From positions 16,495 to 80,494 of IMG/VR virus record IMGVR_UViG_3300031949_000018: a stretch of DNA of 64,000 bases. One strand, 5' to 3'. The notes under the pieces are model-generated. The model ran no database searches. It was not told the origin of the DNA and saw nothing but the letters and a program-made list of their open reading frames with translations. This document shows positions 52,928 through 62,710 of this stretch, piece after piece; within the stretch, counting starts at the first letter, position 1; every line of letters begins with the position of its first letter. The position numbers were made by a program, and so were the translations under genes. Source of the stretch: a virus (taxonomy: Duplodnaviria; Caudoviricetes).

Positions 52928-54976
52928 TTAGAAGCGTCCGATGACCTCGTCGAACTCTACCCCGGTGCGAACTGCAACGAAGCGGAGGGTGATGAAGTTG
53001 ATCGAGCGCGCCGGCTTGACGTAGATGTCACCGATGAACTCGTTCCTGTCGATGACCTCGTCCGTGTTGTTGGTCGAGTTGCAGACCACCCTGAAGTCGA
53101 AGATGCCTCTCCTTCCCTGCACGTCTCGCAGGTAGGGCTCCACCATGCTCCTGAAGGAGGCACGGGTGAACTCGTCGTTGAACTCGAAGAGGGTGAACTT
53201 CGCCGCGGTGGCGATTGCCTTCTCGAGCACGATGAAGAGTCGTCGGACGTTGATCCTGTCGAAGGCGCTCGGCTTGTTGAGCAGGGTCTTGTCACCGAAG
53301 AGGATGGTGCCCTCCCCAGGGAACGTGACCACTGGATTGACGCCGGCCTTGTAGAGGATGTCCCTGTTCGCCTTGTTCGGGTTGTACGCGATCCGGACGA
53401 TGTTCTTGATCTGGCCGCGGTTGAAGCCACCCGGGGACCACCAGGCGTCTCTGACCTCGTCAGTTCGTACGATCAGGCCCGCCACGTCGCCGTTCAGCGG
53501 CACCCAGCGATAGGCGTCGTTGTAGCGATCGTACATGTACTTGTGGCCGGAGTCCATGACCCCGTAGCTCGAGGAGCGCAGGGCGTTCCTGAATGCCACG
53601 ATGTCCTCGGATACTCCGAAGGCGTTGTTGACGGTGTCGTTGACGTCTGGAGAGATCAGGACGATGCAGTCCTTCCTGGTCTCGCAAATGTTGTCGATGA
53701 TGTAGTTGGCCAGTTGCTCGCCGTGGACACCTCCGCGGGCCTTGCCCTGGAGGATGAGGCTCACGTCTACGTCTTCCGCGGACATGAACTGGTCGTATGC
53801 CCGTGCCAGTGACGAGATCGAGATCGCCGACTCGGTATCGGGCTGGGTTCCGCCGGTGAAGCTCGCAGAGAACGGGATGGTGTTCGTCTGCGGTGCAACT
53901 AGGGTCGAGTTGGCAGAAGATGCCCCCGCCCTGTCGTGTGCCCACCAGATGAACTTGGATCCGTGCTGGAGGACGTCCTTGTAGTAGTTGGAGCCTCCCT
54001 GCTCGCCCTTGGCATCTGATGCTCGTGACATGTTCTTCCAGACTTCCAGGATGGTTCCCGTTGTTCCGGTGAAGAAGCCGTCCTCGTCGGCCACGACCAC
54101 GTGGAGCTCGTCGCCGGAGTTGACTCCGTTGGCGTTCCTGGCCTCGACGTAGACGGACGCGCCGGGTGCGGCATCGACGGAGTCGTAGTACTCCCAGAAC
54201 CTCTGGATCCTCGACGTGGTGGTGTTGGTGGTGTTCGCCACCGTGTTCTCGGAGAGGAAGTAGCGGGTCGCCAGGGTGATGTTGGCCGTCGAGGTGGCGT
54301 TGGCGGAGGTCGCCGGCGCACCCTTCGAGACGATCTTCATATACTGGGTGCCGACCGAGTCGTTTCCCGCGAGCAGGTAGTCGCCTACGCTGAGCTGTGC
54401 CAGGAGGGTGTTCGCCGTGGTGTTGACCACGGTGTTCGACTCTGTCGGGGAGCTCGCGGTCAGGACGCCCGTATTAGAGCCGACCGACCAGGCGATGGTG
54501 ACCAGGACGTTGGAGTCCGCGGTGAAGACGTTGCTGGTGAATGCGTTGGCAGAGTCGCAGACCGACACCTTCAGCGAGTTGCCGAGAGTTCCCGGCCACT
54601 TGGCGTAGTAGTAGGAGTTCGCGTTGAAGGTGTCGACCAGGTTGACGTAGTCGTTGTCGTTCTTGATCTGGGCGTTGGTGCCCGTGGTGACGTAGGCCAC
54701 CGCGTTGTTTGCCGTGTTTGAGGCAGCCCTGGATACGTAGAGCTTGTTGCCGTAGGCGAGGAAGGAGGCCGCCGCCATCCAGGTCTCGAAGTTAGAAGAG
54801 GTCGGTCGACCGAAGCGAAGGACCAGCTCTTCCTCGTTGGATACGAGTTCCCTGTCCTCTACTGGACCCCAGGCGAAGACGCCTCCGATCGCTCCCTCCG
54901 TGGTTGATACGGCTGGAATGATCGTGGTGAGGTCGATCTCCTGGATCTGAACGCCTGGCGATACTTGGAAACCCAT
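52928..54976 (-). CDS. gp18: Tail sheath protein
   Basis: SPGVQIQEIDLT..WGPV..WVPLNGDVAG..WWSPGGFNRG..RINVRRLF..KPARSINFITL.F.A.RTG. Confidence 0.98.
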   Translation of the reverse strand: MGFQVSPGVQIQEIDLTTIIPAVSTTEGAIGGVFAWGPVEDRELVSNEEELVLRFGRPTSSNFETWMAAASFLAYGNKLYVSRAASNTANNAVAYVTTGTNAQIKNDNDYVNLVDTFNANSYYYAKWPGTLGNSLKVSVCDSANAFTSNVFTADSNVLVTIAWSVGSNTGVLTASSPTESNTVVNTTANTLLAQLSVGDYLLAGNDSVGTQYMKIVSKGAPATSANATSTANITLATRYFLSENTVANTTNTTTSRIQRFWEYYDSVDAAPGASVYVEARNANGVNSGDELHVVVADEDGFFTGTTGTILEVWKNMSRASDAKGEQGGSNYYKDVLQHGSKFIWWAHDRAGASSANSTLVAPQTNTIPFSASFTGGTQPDTESAISISSLARAYDQFMSAEDVDVSLILQGKARGGVHGEQLANYIIDNICETRKDCIVLISPDVNDTVNNAFGVSEDIVAFRNALRSSSYGVMDSGHKYMYDRYNDAYRWVPLNGDVAGLIVRTDEVRDAWWSPGGFNRGQIKNIVRIAYNPNKANRDILYKAGVNPVVTFPGEGTILFGDKTLLNKPSAFDRINVRRLFIVLEKAIATAAKFTLFEFNDEFTRASFRSMVEPYLRDVQGRRGIFDFRVVCNSTNNTDEVIDRNEFIGDIYVKPARSINFITLRFVAVRTGVEFDEVIGRF

Positions 54977-55058
54977 GGGTTGCTCCCTAATTCTTAATTG
55001 TTATGAGATATTTATAGAATGAAGGTTCCCACGAAGTAGCCGTTTGACTATATAAGTC

Positions 55059-55307
55059 ATGGTCAAGAGACACACGATAGAGGCGCGGTTTAATATGAGA
55101 GGATCTCGAAACGTCGGCACCAACAATCCCATGTTCGGACACCGGCATACTCCTGAGGCGAGACTAATCATGGCGTCGGCGAAGAAGGGCACTGTCTGGA
55201 TAAAACAGGGAATGAAGTCGAAGAGGATACGCCTGGACGAACTGGAGAGCTACGTCCTCAGCGGTTGGGAGCTAGGGAGAGCTAAGTTCCATAGGAGGGT
55301 CCTCTAA
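55059..55307 (+). CDS. Small NUMOD3-containing protein coupled to the endonuclease
   Basis: NPMFGHRHTPEAR..M; TAATG junction. Confidence 0.65.
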   Translation: MVKRHTIEARFNMRGSRNVGTNNPMFGHRHTPEARLIMASAKKGTVWIKQGMKSKRIRLDELESYVLSGWELGRAKFHRRVL

Positions 55308-55876
55308 TGTCTGGTTTTATCTATATCTGGCGCGACAACAAAACAAAGCGTTATTACGTCGGATCTCACTGGGGTCACGAAGAAGATGGATATGTCTGTT
55401 CATCTCCATGGGTAAATAAGGCTTATAAGAAAAGACCCGAGGATTTTAAGAGAAGGATTCTTGAACGCTTTAATGATCGAACGAAGATTGATGAAATAGA
55501 GCACAGATGGCTTCAGATGATGAAGCCTGAGGAACTCAAAGGAAAGCGATATTACAATTTCCACAATTTTCGATTTGGGCACTGGTCAACAGACGAACAT
55601 TCGCGGCTCTCAGTAAGGCAAAAAATTTCAGCGGCGAAAAAGAATCCAACACAAGAAACACGAGATAAGATATCAGCGGCATTCAAAGGAAAACCCAGAT
55701 CCCAAGAGACGCGAGATAAGATCTCGGCCGCCTTTAAAGGAAAACCTTGGTCTCAAGAACATCGCAATAAAGCTTCTATGGCAACTAGAGGAAAGATCGT
55801 GTCTCAGGAAACACGAGACAAGATCTCAGCAACACTTAGAAGCAAAAAATTAAGACCCATCGTAGAATCCAGATGA
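55307..55876 (+). mobile_element. GIY-YIG homing endonuclease with about four NUMOD3 repeats, antisense orientation
   Basis: GFIYIW..YYVGSH; repeated (S/T)QE(T/H)R.K.S.A..GK. Confidence 0.88.
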
Positions 55877-57523
55877 GACGTCCCTGAGTTCACCGTCGGT
55901 TTCGACCCTCCCATCGCTGACCACACCGAACGGAGTGAGGTCAGACTCGTCCCACGAGTCCCCTGCCGACGACAGGAACGCCTTGCGGATGTCAGTCTCG
56001 ATCGACTCCTTGAAGAACTTCTGGTCGGTCATCCACGCAAGGAGGACCAGGCACATCACCAGGTCGTCATGGGAACCGGCCTCGGCCTCGTATTTCCCGT
56101 TCTTGCCGGAGAACCTTGAGAGTTCCCAGATGATGTTCTTGTCATTGATGATCAGCTGATCCCGCTCCACCAGCTGCTTCAGGACGGTGCACCCGATCTT
56201 CTTCACCTGCGGGCTTGTCTTGACGCCCATGCGGCTGTTCTGGGCGTGTCCTGCGCCGAGTCTGGTGCCGTACTTCGCCTTCACGGTAGTCATTACCACG
56301 TATTCATATTCGTCCACCTGCAGCAGGTCCTCGGCCACCCTGAGGCCAACGTCGTTGGACTCGACCAGCACCAGCGCCTTGTTGTAGTGCTGGGCCGCGT
56401 TGTAGACCACCTCGTGAAGGAGGGACGGAGGCAGGACGTTGTTTCTGTATGACGCGCAGACGCGATAGGGCATGGCCGTGACGTCGGTGCAGACGAAGGC
56501 CTGATAGTCGAGGCCCAGTCCTCTGGACACGTCCACGGTGATGATGTAAGTGTGTCCGTCGACCGGAGGCTCGAAGATGGAGATTCCCGCGCCGAGCATC
56601 TCTATCGGGGTCGCCGGGATCAGTCGGCTGAGGGTTCGCCCGTTGATGAGTGTGCCCGAGGACCCGAGGAACTCGCAGTTGAACTCTTGGTCGAAGCCTT
56701 CTACCCCGAGTCGCTCGAGCTCCTTCTTGGCCCACTGGTCGTCCCTGCCCGGCTTGGCCGACCAGTGAGAGTCTACCCTCTGGAAGTCGTTCTTCCCCAG
56801 TTCGCTGTCGTGCCAGATGTCGTAGAACATCTCTAGCCCGTTCGGCGTGCTGGTCATGAAGAGCTTGGTTTTCTTACCGGCGGTGATCGCCGGATAGACT
56901 GAGTTGTAGAACTTTCGCTGCTGGTTGGGATGGATGTGGGCGACCTCGTCCATGTAGATGATGGCATAGGACTGTCCGCGGACGCCGCTCATGCTGGTAG
57001 CCGAGGCGTTGATCATCGACTTGTTCTCGAAGGAGATTCTCTGGCCCCTCCAGACCCTGATGCCCTGCTGCATCCAGATCGGAACCCACTCGAGCATCAG
57101 CTTGATGCGGTCGAGGATCTCGATCGCCTGCATCAGTTTGTTCGCGGTGATGGCGATCTTATAGCGTCGGTTGAATATGGAGTACCACAGGAGGATTGCT
57201 GCGACTACGGTAGTCTTTCCCGCCTGGCGCGCCAACTTGGCGATGACGAACCTGTTCTTGTTCGCCTTCCTGATGAAGTCCAGCTGATAGGAGTAGGGTT
57301 CGAACTTGATGAGCTCTCCGTCGGGGGTCTCCACCTTGATGTAGCGGTCGATGAAGTACTCCAGGCCGGTATCCGGGTCGGCGCAGCGCACGTACTCGTC
57401 GAAGTGCTCCTTAGTGAACGCGAACTGCACACCGAGCCCCCTGAGGAAGTCGTTGTTGTTGAAGCCGAGTTCTCCGGCCACTACTTCTGGGTTGGGGAGA
57501 TACACTAGTCGTGGTGCTCCCAT
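55850..57523 (-). CDS. gp17: Terminase large subunit
   Basis: YSYQ, ARQAGKTT, IYMDEVA, TSTPNG, QEFNCEF, VDVSRG and HDDLVM; actual start possibly GTG at 57505. Confidence 0.97.
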   Translation of the reverse strand: MGAPRLVYLPNPEVVAGELGFNNNDFLRGLGVQFAFTKEHFDEYVRCADPDTGLEYFIDRYIKVETPDGELIKFEPYSYQLDFIRKANKNRFVIAKLARQAGKTTVVAAILLWYSIFNRRYKIAITANKLMQAIEILDRIKLMLEWVPIWMQQGIRVWRGQRISFENKSMINASATSMSGVRGQSYAIIYMDEVAHIHPNQQRKFYNSVYPAITAGKKTKLFMTSTPNGLEMFYDIWHDSELGKNDFQRVDSHWSAKPGRDDQWAKKELERLGVEGFDQEFNCEFLGSSGTLINGRTLSRLIPATPIEMLGAGISIFEPPVDGHTYIITVDVSRGLGLDYQAFVCTDVTAMPYRVCASYRNNVLPPSLLHEVVYNAAQHYNKALVLVESNDVGLRVAEDLLQVDEYEYVVMTTVKAKYGTRLGAGHAQNSRMGVKTSPQVKKIGCTVLKQLVERDQLIINDKNIIWELSRFSGKNGKYEAEAGSHDDLVMCLVLLAWMTDQKFFKESIETDIRKAFLSSAGDSWDESDLTPFGVVSDGRVETDGELRDVSSGFYDGS

Positions 57524-57900
57524 TCTTTCTTGAAGTGATCCACGTGGGTTATTCTCGGGAAGTCAGATTTTCTATCGAACTGGCGATGGGTGAAGTCGAC
57601 CACATGGTGTCCAACCTGGACGGCAGTGTGGTGTCCGCTGTTTCCTTCGTCGTCAACTGCTTTGTCCCAGTGTTTAGGCTTTGGACCATGGACGCTGAGG
57701 ACCTTGTGTTTGATCCCGTGCTTGGTGAGGTGCTTAGAGAAGTTATTGCTGATCATCGAGCAGTTTCCAGGTTCGTGGCAGATATGGCTCAGCTTACCGC
57801 CATACTCCTTCTCACCGTGTTCTTCACCGTGCTTCTTGAAGGCCTCAATGTGGTGATGGAGATCGTGCTCTTCTGATAAGAACTGCCCAAACGTCTTCAT
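57505..57900 (-). CDS. CTS-bearing protein with a putative Cys-His-Asp (papain/transglutaminase-like) triad
   Basis: MKTFGQFLSEE; GNCS..GHHTAV.VG..VVDFT.RQFD. Confidence 0.55.
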   Translation of the reverse strand: MKTFGQFLSEEHDLHHHIEAFKKHGEEHGEKEYGGKLSHICHEPGNCSMISNNFSKHLTKHGIKHKVLSVHGPKPKHWDKAVDDEGNSGHHTAVQVGHHVVDFTHRQFDRKSDFPRITHVDHFKKEWEHHD

Positions 57901-58340
57901 CGCTCCAACTCATCCTCTCCGTCCGACTCTCCGCGGTTCTTCTTGATCACCCTGAACATGTCGTCGGTAGATCCGACCATCATGATATTCTGAGTGTTGT
58001 TGACCACCTTGTCGGTGCCGGGTGCCTTGGCGAGGCTCTCCCGCTTCTTGTCTCCGATGACGACCAGTCGCTCGTTAGCCACCACCAATTTATCTATTAG
58101 GGTGGCCACGACTTCGAACGCACGGGGCGCTTCTGACGACGCGGCGACCTCCTGCACCAGTTCCAGTGACTCCTTTCCCGAGTTGATCAGCTCACGAATG
58201 TTTCTTCGGGCGAACTCGAAGTCGTCCTCAGAGTCGACGGTGGTCATGTCCTGGCGATCCTGCTGGGTCAGCAGCTGGACCTGTGGGAATGCCTCGCCCG
58301 GTCCCAGATCGAGCGCCTCGTCTATCTTGTCCTTACTCAC
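57897..58340 (-). CDS. gp16: Terminase small subunit
   Basis: DDFEFARRN..PRAFEV.ATL..NN..GST..M. Confidence 0.9.
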   Translation of the reverse strand: MSKDKIDEALDLGPGEAFPQVQLLTQQDRQDMTTVDSEDDFEFARRNIRELINSGKESLELVQEVAASSEAPRAFEVVATLIDKLVVANERLVVIGDKKRESLAKAPGTDKVVNNTQNIMMVGSTDDMFRVIKKNRGESDGEDELER

Positions 58341-58593
58341 CGTAGTGGTATTCCTTTCCTGTCCAGACTGGTTCTACGTCTGGGTTCGGGTCGGCGCAGT
58401 ACTCACAGCACTCGACCTTAAATACGTCCGAGTAATCGTGCTCGTTCGGGTTGGTGTATCCTCCCTCGTCGTCCCTCTCGAAGGAGTGGCTCACGTAGTT
58501 GTTGTACCACGCCGTGTAGGAGTGTGGCTTGACCCAGCAGCGAAACCCCTCGAAGAACTTGTGCTTGTAGAAGCCGCCGTCGTATTTAGCCAT
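58333..58593 (-). CDS. Hypothetical protein
   Basis: Coupled ORF with CEYC. Confidence 0.55.
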   Translation of the reverse strand: MAKYDGGFYKHKFFEGFRCWVKPHSYTAWYNNYVSHSFERDDEGGYTNPNEHDYSDVFKVECCEYCADPNPDVEPVWTGKEYHYGE

Positions 58594-58918
58594 TCTTTGG
58601 TTTCCTCACCATCGAGTCAGAATTTGCACGACCCTTGAAACCGTGCTTCCTATAGAAATTCACCAGTCGCTTCCTGTCCATGTGGTCCCCGTAGGGCACG
58701 GCGTAGAGCCACCCCTCCATGTGTCTGTCGTCGAGGTGCTTGGTGATCTGCTTCATGACCTCGTGTGCCCCACCCTTGCCTCGGTGCTCTGGAGGAGTCT
58801 CTATCCCAGTGACGGTCTTGCCGATGAGCTTTCCCGTGGATCCCGTCGGCTCGTGCCTGAAGTGGTGCGTCGTGAAACCACTCAGCTTCAAGGTTATCTC
58901 CCGTATAGTCTTCATCAC
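58586..58918 (-). CDS. GNAT acetyltransferase with a CTS-like N-terminus
   Basis: MMKTIREI; TPPEHRGKGGA (motif A); LVNFYRKHGF (motif B). Confidence 0.7.
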   Translation of the reverse strand: MMKTIREITLKLSGFTTHHFRHEPTGSTGKLIGKTVTGIETPPEHRGKGGAHEVMKQITKHLDDRHMEGWLYAVPYGDHMDRKRLVNFYRKHGFKGRANSDSMVRKPKNG

Positions 58919-59721
58919 GGGTTTTCTTCATAGGTAACAACGTAGCCCCAGTCGTCGTCCTCCTCGACGAGGAGCGGGTCGATGGCGAGGGACGCGTTGG
59001 AAGTAGGCTCCCCGTTGGCAGTGAGTCCTGGGTAGATGGTGACCGTCACGTCGGGAACAGTTCCCGTGGTGTTGGCGTAGAGGTTGGTCTTGGCGATCTT
59101 GATGATCTTGCTGTCACTCGTCGGTCCAAACAGGTACGTCTTGACGACGAACCTGAGGCGCCACATGACCGCCCGTCTCTTCTCGAAGTCGCCCTCGTAC
59201 TGGTCGTCGGGTGTGATCGAGTCGAGTTGGATGTGGATGTCTGTGACCACCTCCGGCATGTCGTCGAGGAGCTTGACCGTGGCGCACCAGGTAGGCGTGA
59301 AGAAGGGGACGATCTGCTCTACTATGCGGGCCCCGTCCTCGATCCCGCCGGCGTAGACGTTGACCTCGTATTCGATGTTGTAGGGGACCGGGTTATATAC
59401 CGCGTTGTAGATCTCGGTGTTTGCCGCCGCCCGCGAGTAAACTTTGCCCAGCGTCGGAAGCTTGCGGTTCCCGTCGTAATACATACCCGTCATCTCGAAG
59501 GAGATCATCGGGAGATTGATCGCGGTTTTCTGGTCGAGGCTAGGGTCGCGTTCGAGCCTGGCGAGATACTTTTCCCTTGGTCCATAGATGATGGGCACGC
59601 TGATCAGCTGGGCCTCCGACCCATCCGTCGCCTTCCTTGACACCATGATGTCATTGAAGAGCGTGCCGACCAGGGCGGTGGCCTTCCTTATCGATGCGTT
59701 GTAGAAATCATGACCGAACAT
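58915..59721 (-). CDS. gp15: Tail sheath stabiliser / completion protein
   Basis: MFG..FYN.SIRK..GTLFN.I..VP..YGP..K..LP..SFE. Confidence 0.93.
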   Translation of the reverse strand: MFGHDFYNASIRKATALVGTLFNDIMVSRKATDGSEAQLISVPIIYGPREKYLARLERDPSLDQKTAINLPMISFEMTGMYYDGNRKLPTLGKVYSRAAANTEIYNAVYNPVPYNIEYEVNVYAGGIEDGARIVEQIVPFFTPTWCATVKLLDDMPEVVTDIHIQLDSITPDDQYEGDFEKRRAVMWRLRFVVKTYLFGPTSDSKIIKIAKTNLYANTTGTVPDVTVTIYPGLTANGEPTSNASLAIDPLLVEEDDDWGYVVTYEENP

Positions 59722-59875
59722 TATTTTTCCTTACATCTTGAGCGTCTTCATCTAGTTTTCCACCAATCCGCGACCAGGCAGAATAGCCCAATGCATACCT
59801 CGATCGCGACGTATGCGCCGAGCCCCCAAAGCATGATGATGGGTATGATCATAAAAGGCATCTGATCTAGCAGGG

Positions 59876-60601
59876 TCAGAACGTGCCTCCTTCGGAGAAC
59901 GGATCCGTTTCCGTCCAATCGATGATGGTATCGGCCTCGTCCTCGATGACGACGTTCTGTGAGTTGTCGATCTGATCCTCAGCGGTCTGGTAGAGGAGGA
60001 TCCAGTCCTCCCCGTCGTCGTGAAGCTCGAAGCCGTCCTCCGTCGTCAGAGCAAAGGAGTGCACGTCGACCGTGATCGGTTGATAGATGGCGTCGATGAG
60101 TGGCACGCCTGTGGCGAACACCGCGCTGGTCCCCTCGTAGAGTTCCAGAGTCATGTCGTAGGCCTGGAGGTCGCCGAGCTGATAGAAGAATGCTTTCTTA
60201 TCGACGTATGTGACGGTGAACATCGCTCCGATCATCGGGATGAACACCAGGTCTCCTTCCCGAGGCCGGAGTATATCTGGACGAGAATCCAGTACCTCCT
60301 CCTGGAAGGTCTTCTTGGCGACCGTGAGCACCAGTTCGTCCCTGAGCTCTACGTTGAACTTAGAGAGGAGTGCCCCCTCCCCGCCCATCTGGGACGTAGT
60401 CTTGACGTAGAACTCTAGGAAGTAGGCTGAGTTGAAGGAGTGATACTCGGCCTCGGTGAACAGGGCGTCCCTGTTCTCGACCGTGCGCGGGACGTACCAG
60501 CAGTCGTGTCCACTAATCTGGATCGCCTCCTGGACGAGATCGGAGAGCAGTTCCTGCTCGATTGACTCAGTGAAGAAGTCAAATAGGACGTTCGTGGCCA
60601 T
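59876..60601 (-). CDS. gp14: Neck protein
   Basis: E.IQI.G....YVPR..RP.EGDL.F.P..FYQLG. Confidence 0.92.
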   Translation of the reverse strand: MATNVLFDFFTESIEQELLSDLVQEAIQISGHDCWYVPRTVENRDALFTEAEYHSFNSAYFLEFYVKTTSQMGGEGALLSKFNVELRDELVLTVAKKTFQEEVLDSRPDILRPREGDLVFIPMIGAMFTVTYVDKKAFFYQLGDLQAYDMTLELYEGTSAVFATGVPLIDAIYQPITVDVHSFALTTEDGFELHDDGEDWILLYQTAEDQIDNSQNVVIEDEADTIIDWTETDPFSEGGTF

Positions 60602-60642
60602 GGTCCAGTATTTATGGAACCATGGCCTCTAGTTGTGGGGGA

Positions 60643-60867
60643 CTACTTCTCCCAGGAGAGCTTCTTGGGACCCCAGAGCCTGATGTTCTTTGACCATGTC
60701 CGGGTCCAGAGCGAGACGCTGAGGCGGCGTTCAGGTTTGTAGAACAAGAGGGCTATACCACTTACAGGATAGAGCGTTCCCGGGATGGTTTCATGTTGGA
60801 GCGTGGTCTGGATTGCTCTCGTCCATGATCCCTGTAGGTCTGGGCCGATTCTTGATGTCGTAAGCAT
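60643..60867 (-). CDS. Small hypothetical protein with its own sigma70-like promoter
   Basis: AGGAG SD; TTGACA-N15-TATACT at 60898-60924. Confidence 0.5.
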   Translation of the reverse strand: MLTTSRIGPDLQGSWTRAIQTTLQHETIPGTLYPVSGIALLFYKPERRLSVSLWTRTWSKNIRLWGPKKLSWEK

Positions 60868-61180
60868 AGTGGTGGTTCTCCTATCTTTAGTCAGAATAGT
60901 ATAACACACCTTGCCGAATGTCAATAGATCACTCAAAAGTGGTCTATTGCAGCAAAAATGGCCAAAAGGCCATTTTTTAGATGTACTTTTCTTCTTCGTT
61001 ATGATATACTGGAGGTGTTGCAATGGAGGTAGAAATATGACACTATCGACAAATGAACTCGACTATTTCATACAAATCCAACACATATGGGAACTCTACG
61101 AAAAAAAGAAAATAAGCGCTTCGACCCGAGAAAAAATGTTGGAACCATATCGCCAACAACTCTATAAATCCCAGACCTAA

Positions 61181-61399
61181 TCAATCTCCCTTATAACCCT
61201 TGTCTATCTTTGATGGAGAATCATATCGCTTCTGCATGTCAGCGTGATAGCTCCTCTCGGCCGCGGTCCTCTTCTTGGGTTTGGGGGGAAGCTGATGCAG
61301 ACCCTGCACCTTCCGGGAGTCGGCCAGGCGGCGGCGCATGTCGCGAACCCCCTTCTCGAACTCGCTCTCCTCACCGAGGAACTCAGAGAGAGTCTTCAT
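61181..61399 (-). CDS. Small internal head protein (CTS)
   Basis: MKTLSEFLGEE, coupled to the gp13 stop by ATGA. Confidence 0.65.
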   Translation of the reverse strand: MKTLSEFLGEESEFEKGVRDMRRRLADSRKVQGLHQLPPKPKKRTAAERSYHADMQKRYDSPSKIDKGYKGD

Positions 61400-62151
61400 C
61401 CGATCATGTCGCTCGAGATCGGGCTCCAGGTGTCGATCAACTCTCGATCTAATTTCTCGATGGCGGCATCGGCCTCGTCGATCATCCGGATCCCATTGAC
61501 CACGATGCCTCCCGGGAGAGCCGCGCCGGCGAACTTGGAGAGGTTCTGCCCCCACTGCTTGCGGCAGAGCTCGGTGGCATACTTCTGAAGCCAGATGTCC
61601 GACCACACGTCTGAATAATCCGCCGGGTCGTTCTTCCGGTACGCCTCGATGATGATGTAGTTCCCCTCGAGTAGCTTTGATGGGTTGCAGTCGAGAAAGA
61701 GCTCGTCTGTCCGCTCGTTGTAGCGGACCGGGAACCTTCCGACGAGAAACTCAGAAATGGTGTTGAGGGACACCCGCATGACCACGTAGTCGGAGACCTG
61801 GGTCGTCGCGCCCCCGGATCCAAAGATTACGTCGGAGAGGAGAACCTGCCATGCCATACCGTCGAGTGTCCCGACGTTGCCGGCACTCGAGAAACCCACT
61901 TGGAACACGCCGACGACCCCGATGATCGTGTCGTCGAGAGTGACCTTCTTCTCTGAGACCTCGAGCGCGGTCAGCTGATGGGCGAGATAGACCTTCTCGC
62001 TTCCACCGTAGTGCTGCTCGATGTACTTGTGCACGGCGTCGTCGACGCGATCTTCGAACTGCTCGTCGGTAACGTTCACCCTGAGCGCCGGATAACCCAG
62101 GCGCCTCTTGATGTAGGCTATGAACTCTGATCTCGTGGTCGGGATGGCCAT
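61396..62151 (-). CDS. gp13: Neck protein
   Basis: RLG.P...VNVT.EQ..DR..WL..YAT...K.QWG.NL.KF....LPGG...NG. Confidence 0.94.
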   Translation of the reverse strand: MAIPTTRSEFIAYIKRRLGYPALRVNVTDEQFEDRVDDAVHKYIEQHYGGSEKVYLAHQLTALEVSEKKVTLDDTIIGVVGVFQVGFSSAGNVGTLDGMAWQVLLSDVIFGSGGATTQVSDYVVMRVSLNTISEFLVGRFPVRYNERTDELFLDCNPSKLLEGNYIIIEAYRKNDPADYSDVWSDIWLQKYATELCRKQWGQNLSKFAGAALPGGIVVNGIRMIDEADAAIEKLDRELIDTWSPISSDMIG

Positions 62152-62257
62152 GACGTACTCCTGGCCTATTTATGGTGGCCAATCACTCCTTAACTCGTCG
62201 TAAATAGGAACTGTGTGCGGCCTTCGTTGAAGGCCCTGTACGCCGTGTAGGCGGGCG

Positions 62258-62533
62258 TCACAGGGCCATCAAGCGGTTCAGTACCAATACACCTTGGGCT
62301 CGCCGTGGAACTCTGGCTTCACATGGGGGATTGCCGATCAATGCTTCTAAAGTGTCTAGGTAACCGGCTTGAGTTGTTAGTAGAGTCGCTAGAGCCTTTA
62401 GTCGATCGGCCAAGGTATTGGCGGTAGGGCTTCCCTGGACCTCTCCTAGGATAGCCGCTATTGCCGTTAGCGTCGCGACGTCGCGATCAATATCATTAGC
62501 ATCTCTAACGGTGATCTCTGGTACTTGCACCAT
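62258..62533 (-). CDS. Hypothetical protein
   Basis: ORF resembling a phage structural repeat (TLA.L.A.LGEV). Confidence 0.45.
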   Translation of the reverse strand: MVQVPEITVRDANDIDRDVATLTAIAAILGEVQGSPTANTLADRLKALATLLTTQAGYLDTLEALIGNPPCEARVPRRAQGVLVLNRLMAL

Positions 62534-62710
62534 TTAGATTATTTGTCCTATGTATAGGCTATTATTTTGTTTAGAGAAATTAAGATTTGATACTGTTATA
62601 TCATCGACTATAAAGAAACGCAGAACGCGGTCCCAAAATCTTTGCCAGAAATTGCGCACGTAATTCCCCTACCTAACGATTGTCTGCTTATTTATATCAA
62701 TGATGATCGT

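Noticed and set aside
315-57523. Introns or inteins in gp43, gp46, uvsW, gp20 or gp17
   Set aside because: All are uninterrupted and of normal length; the homing endonucleases are free-standing.
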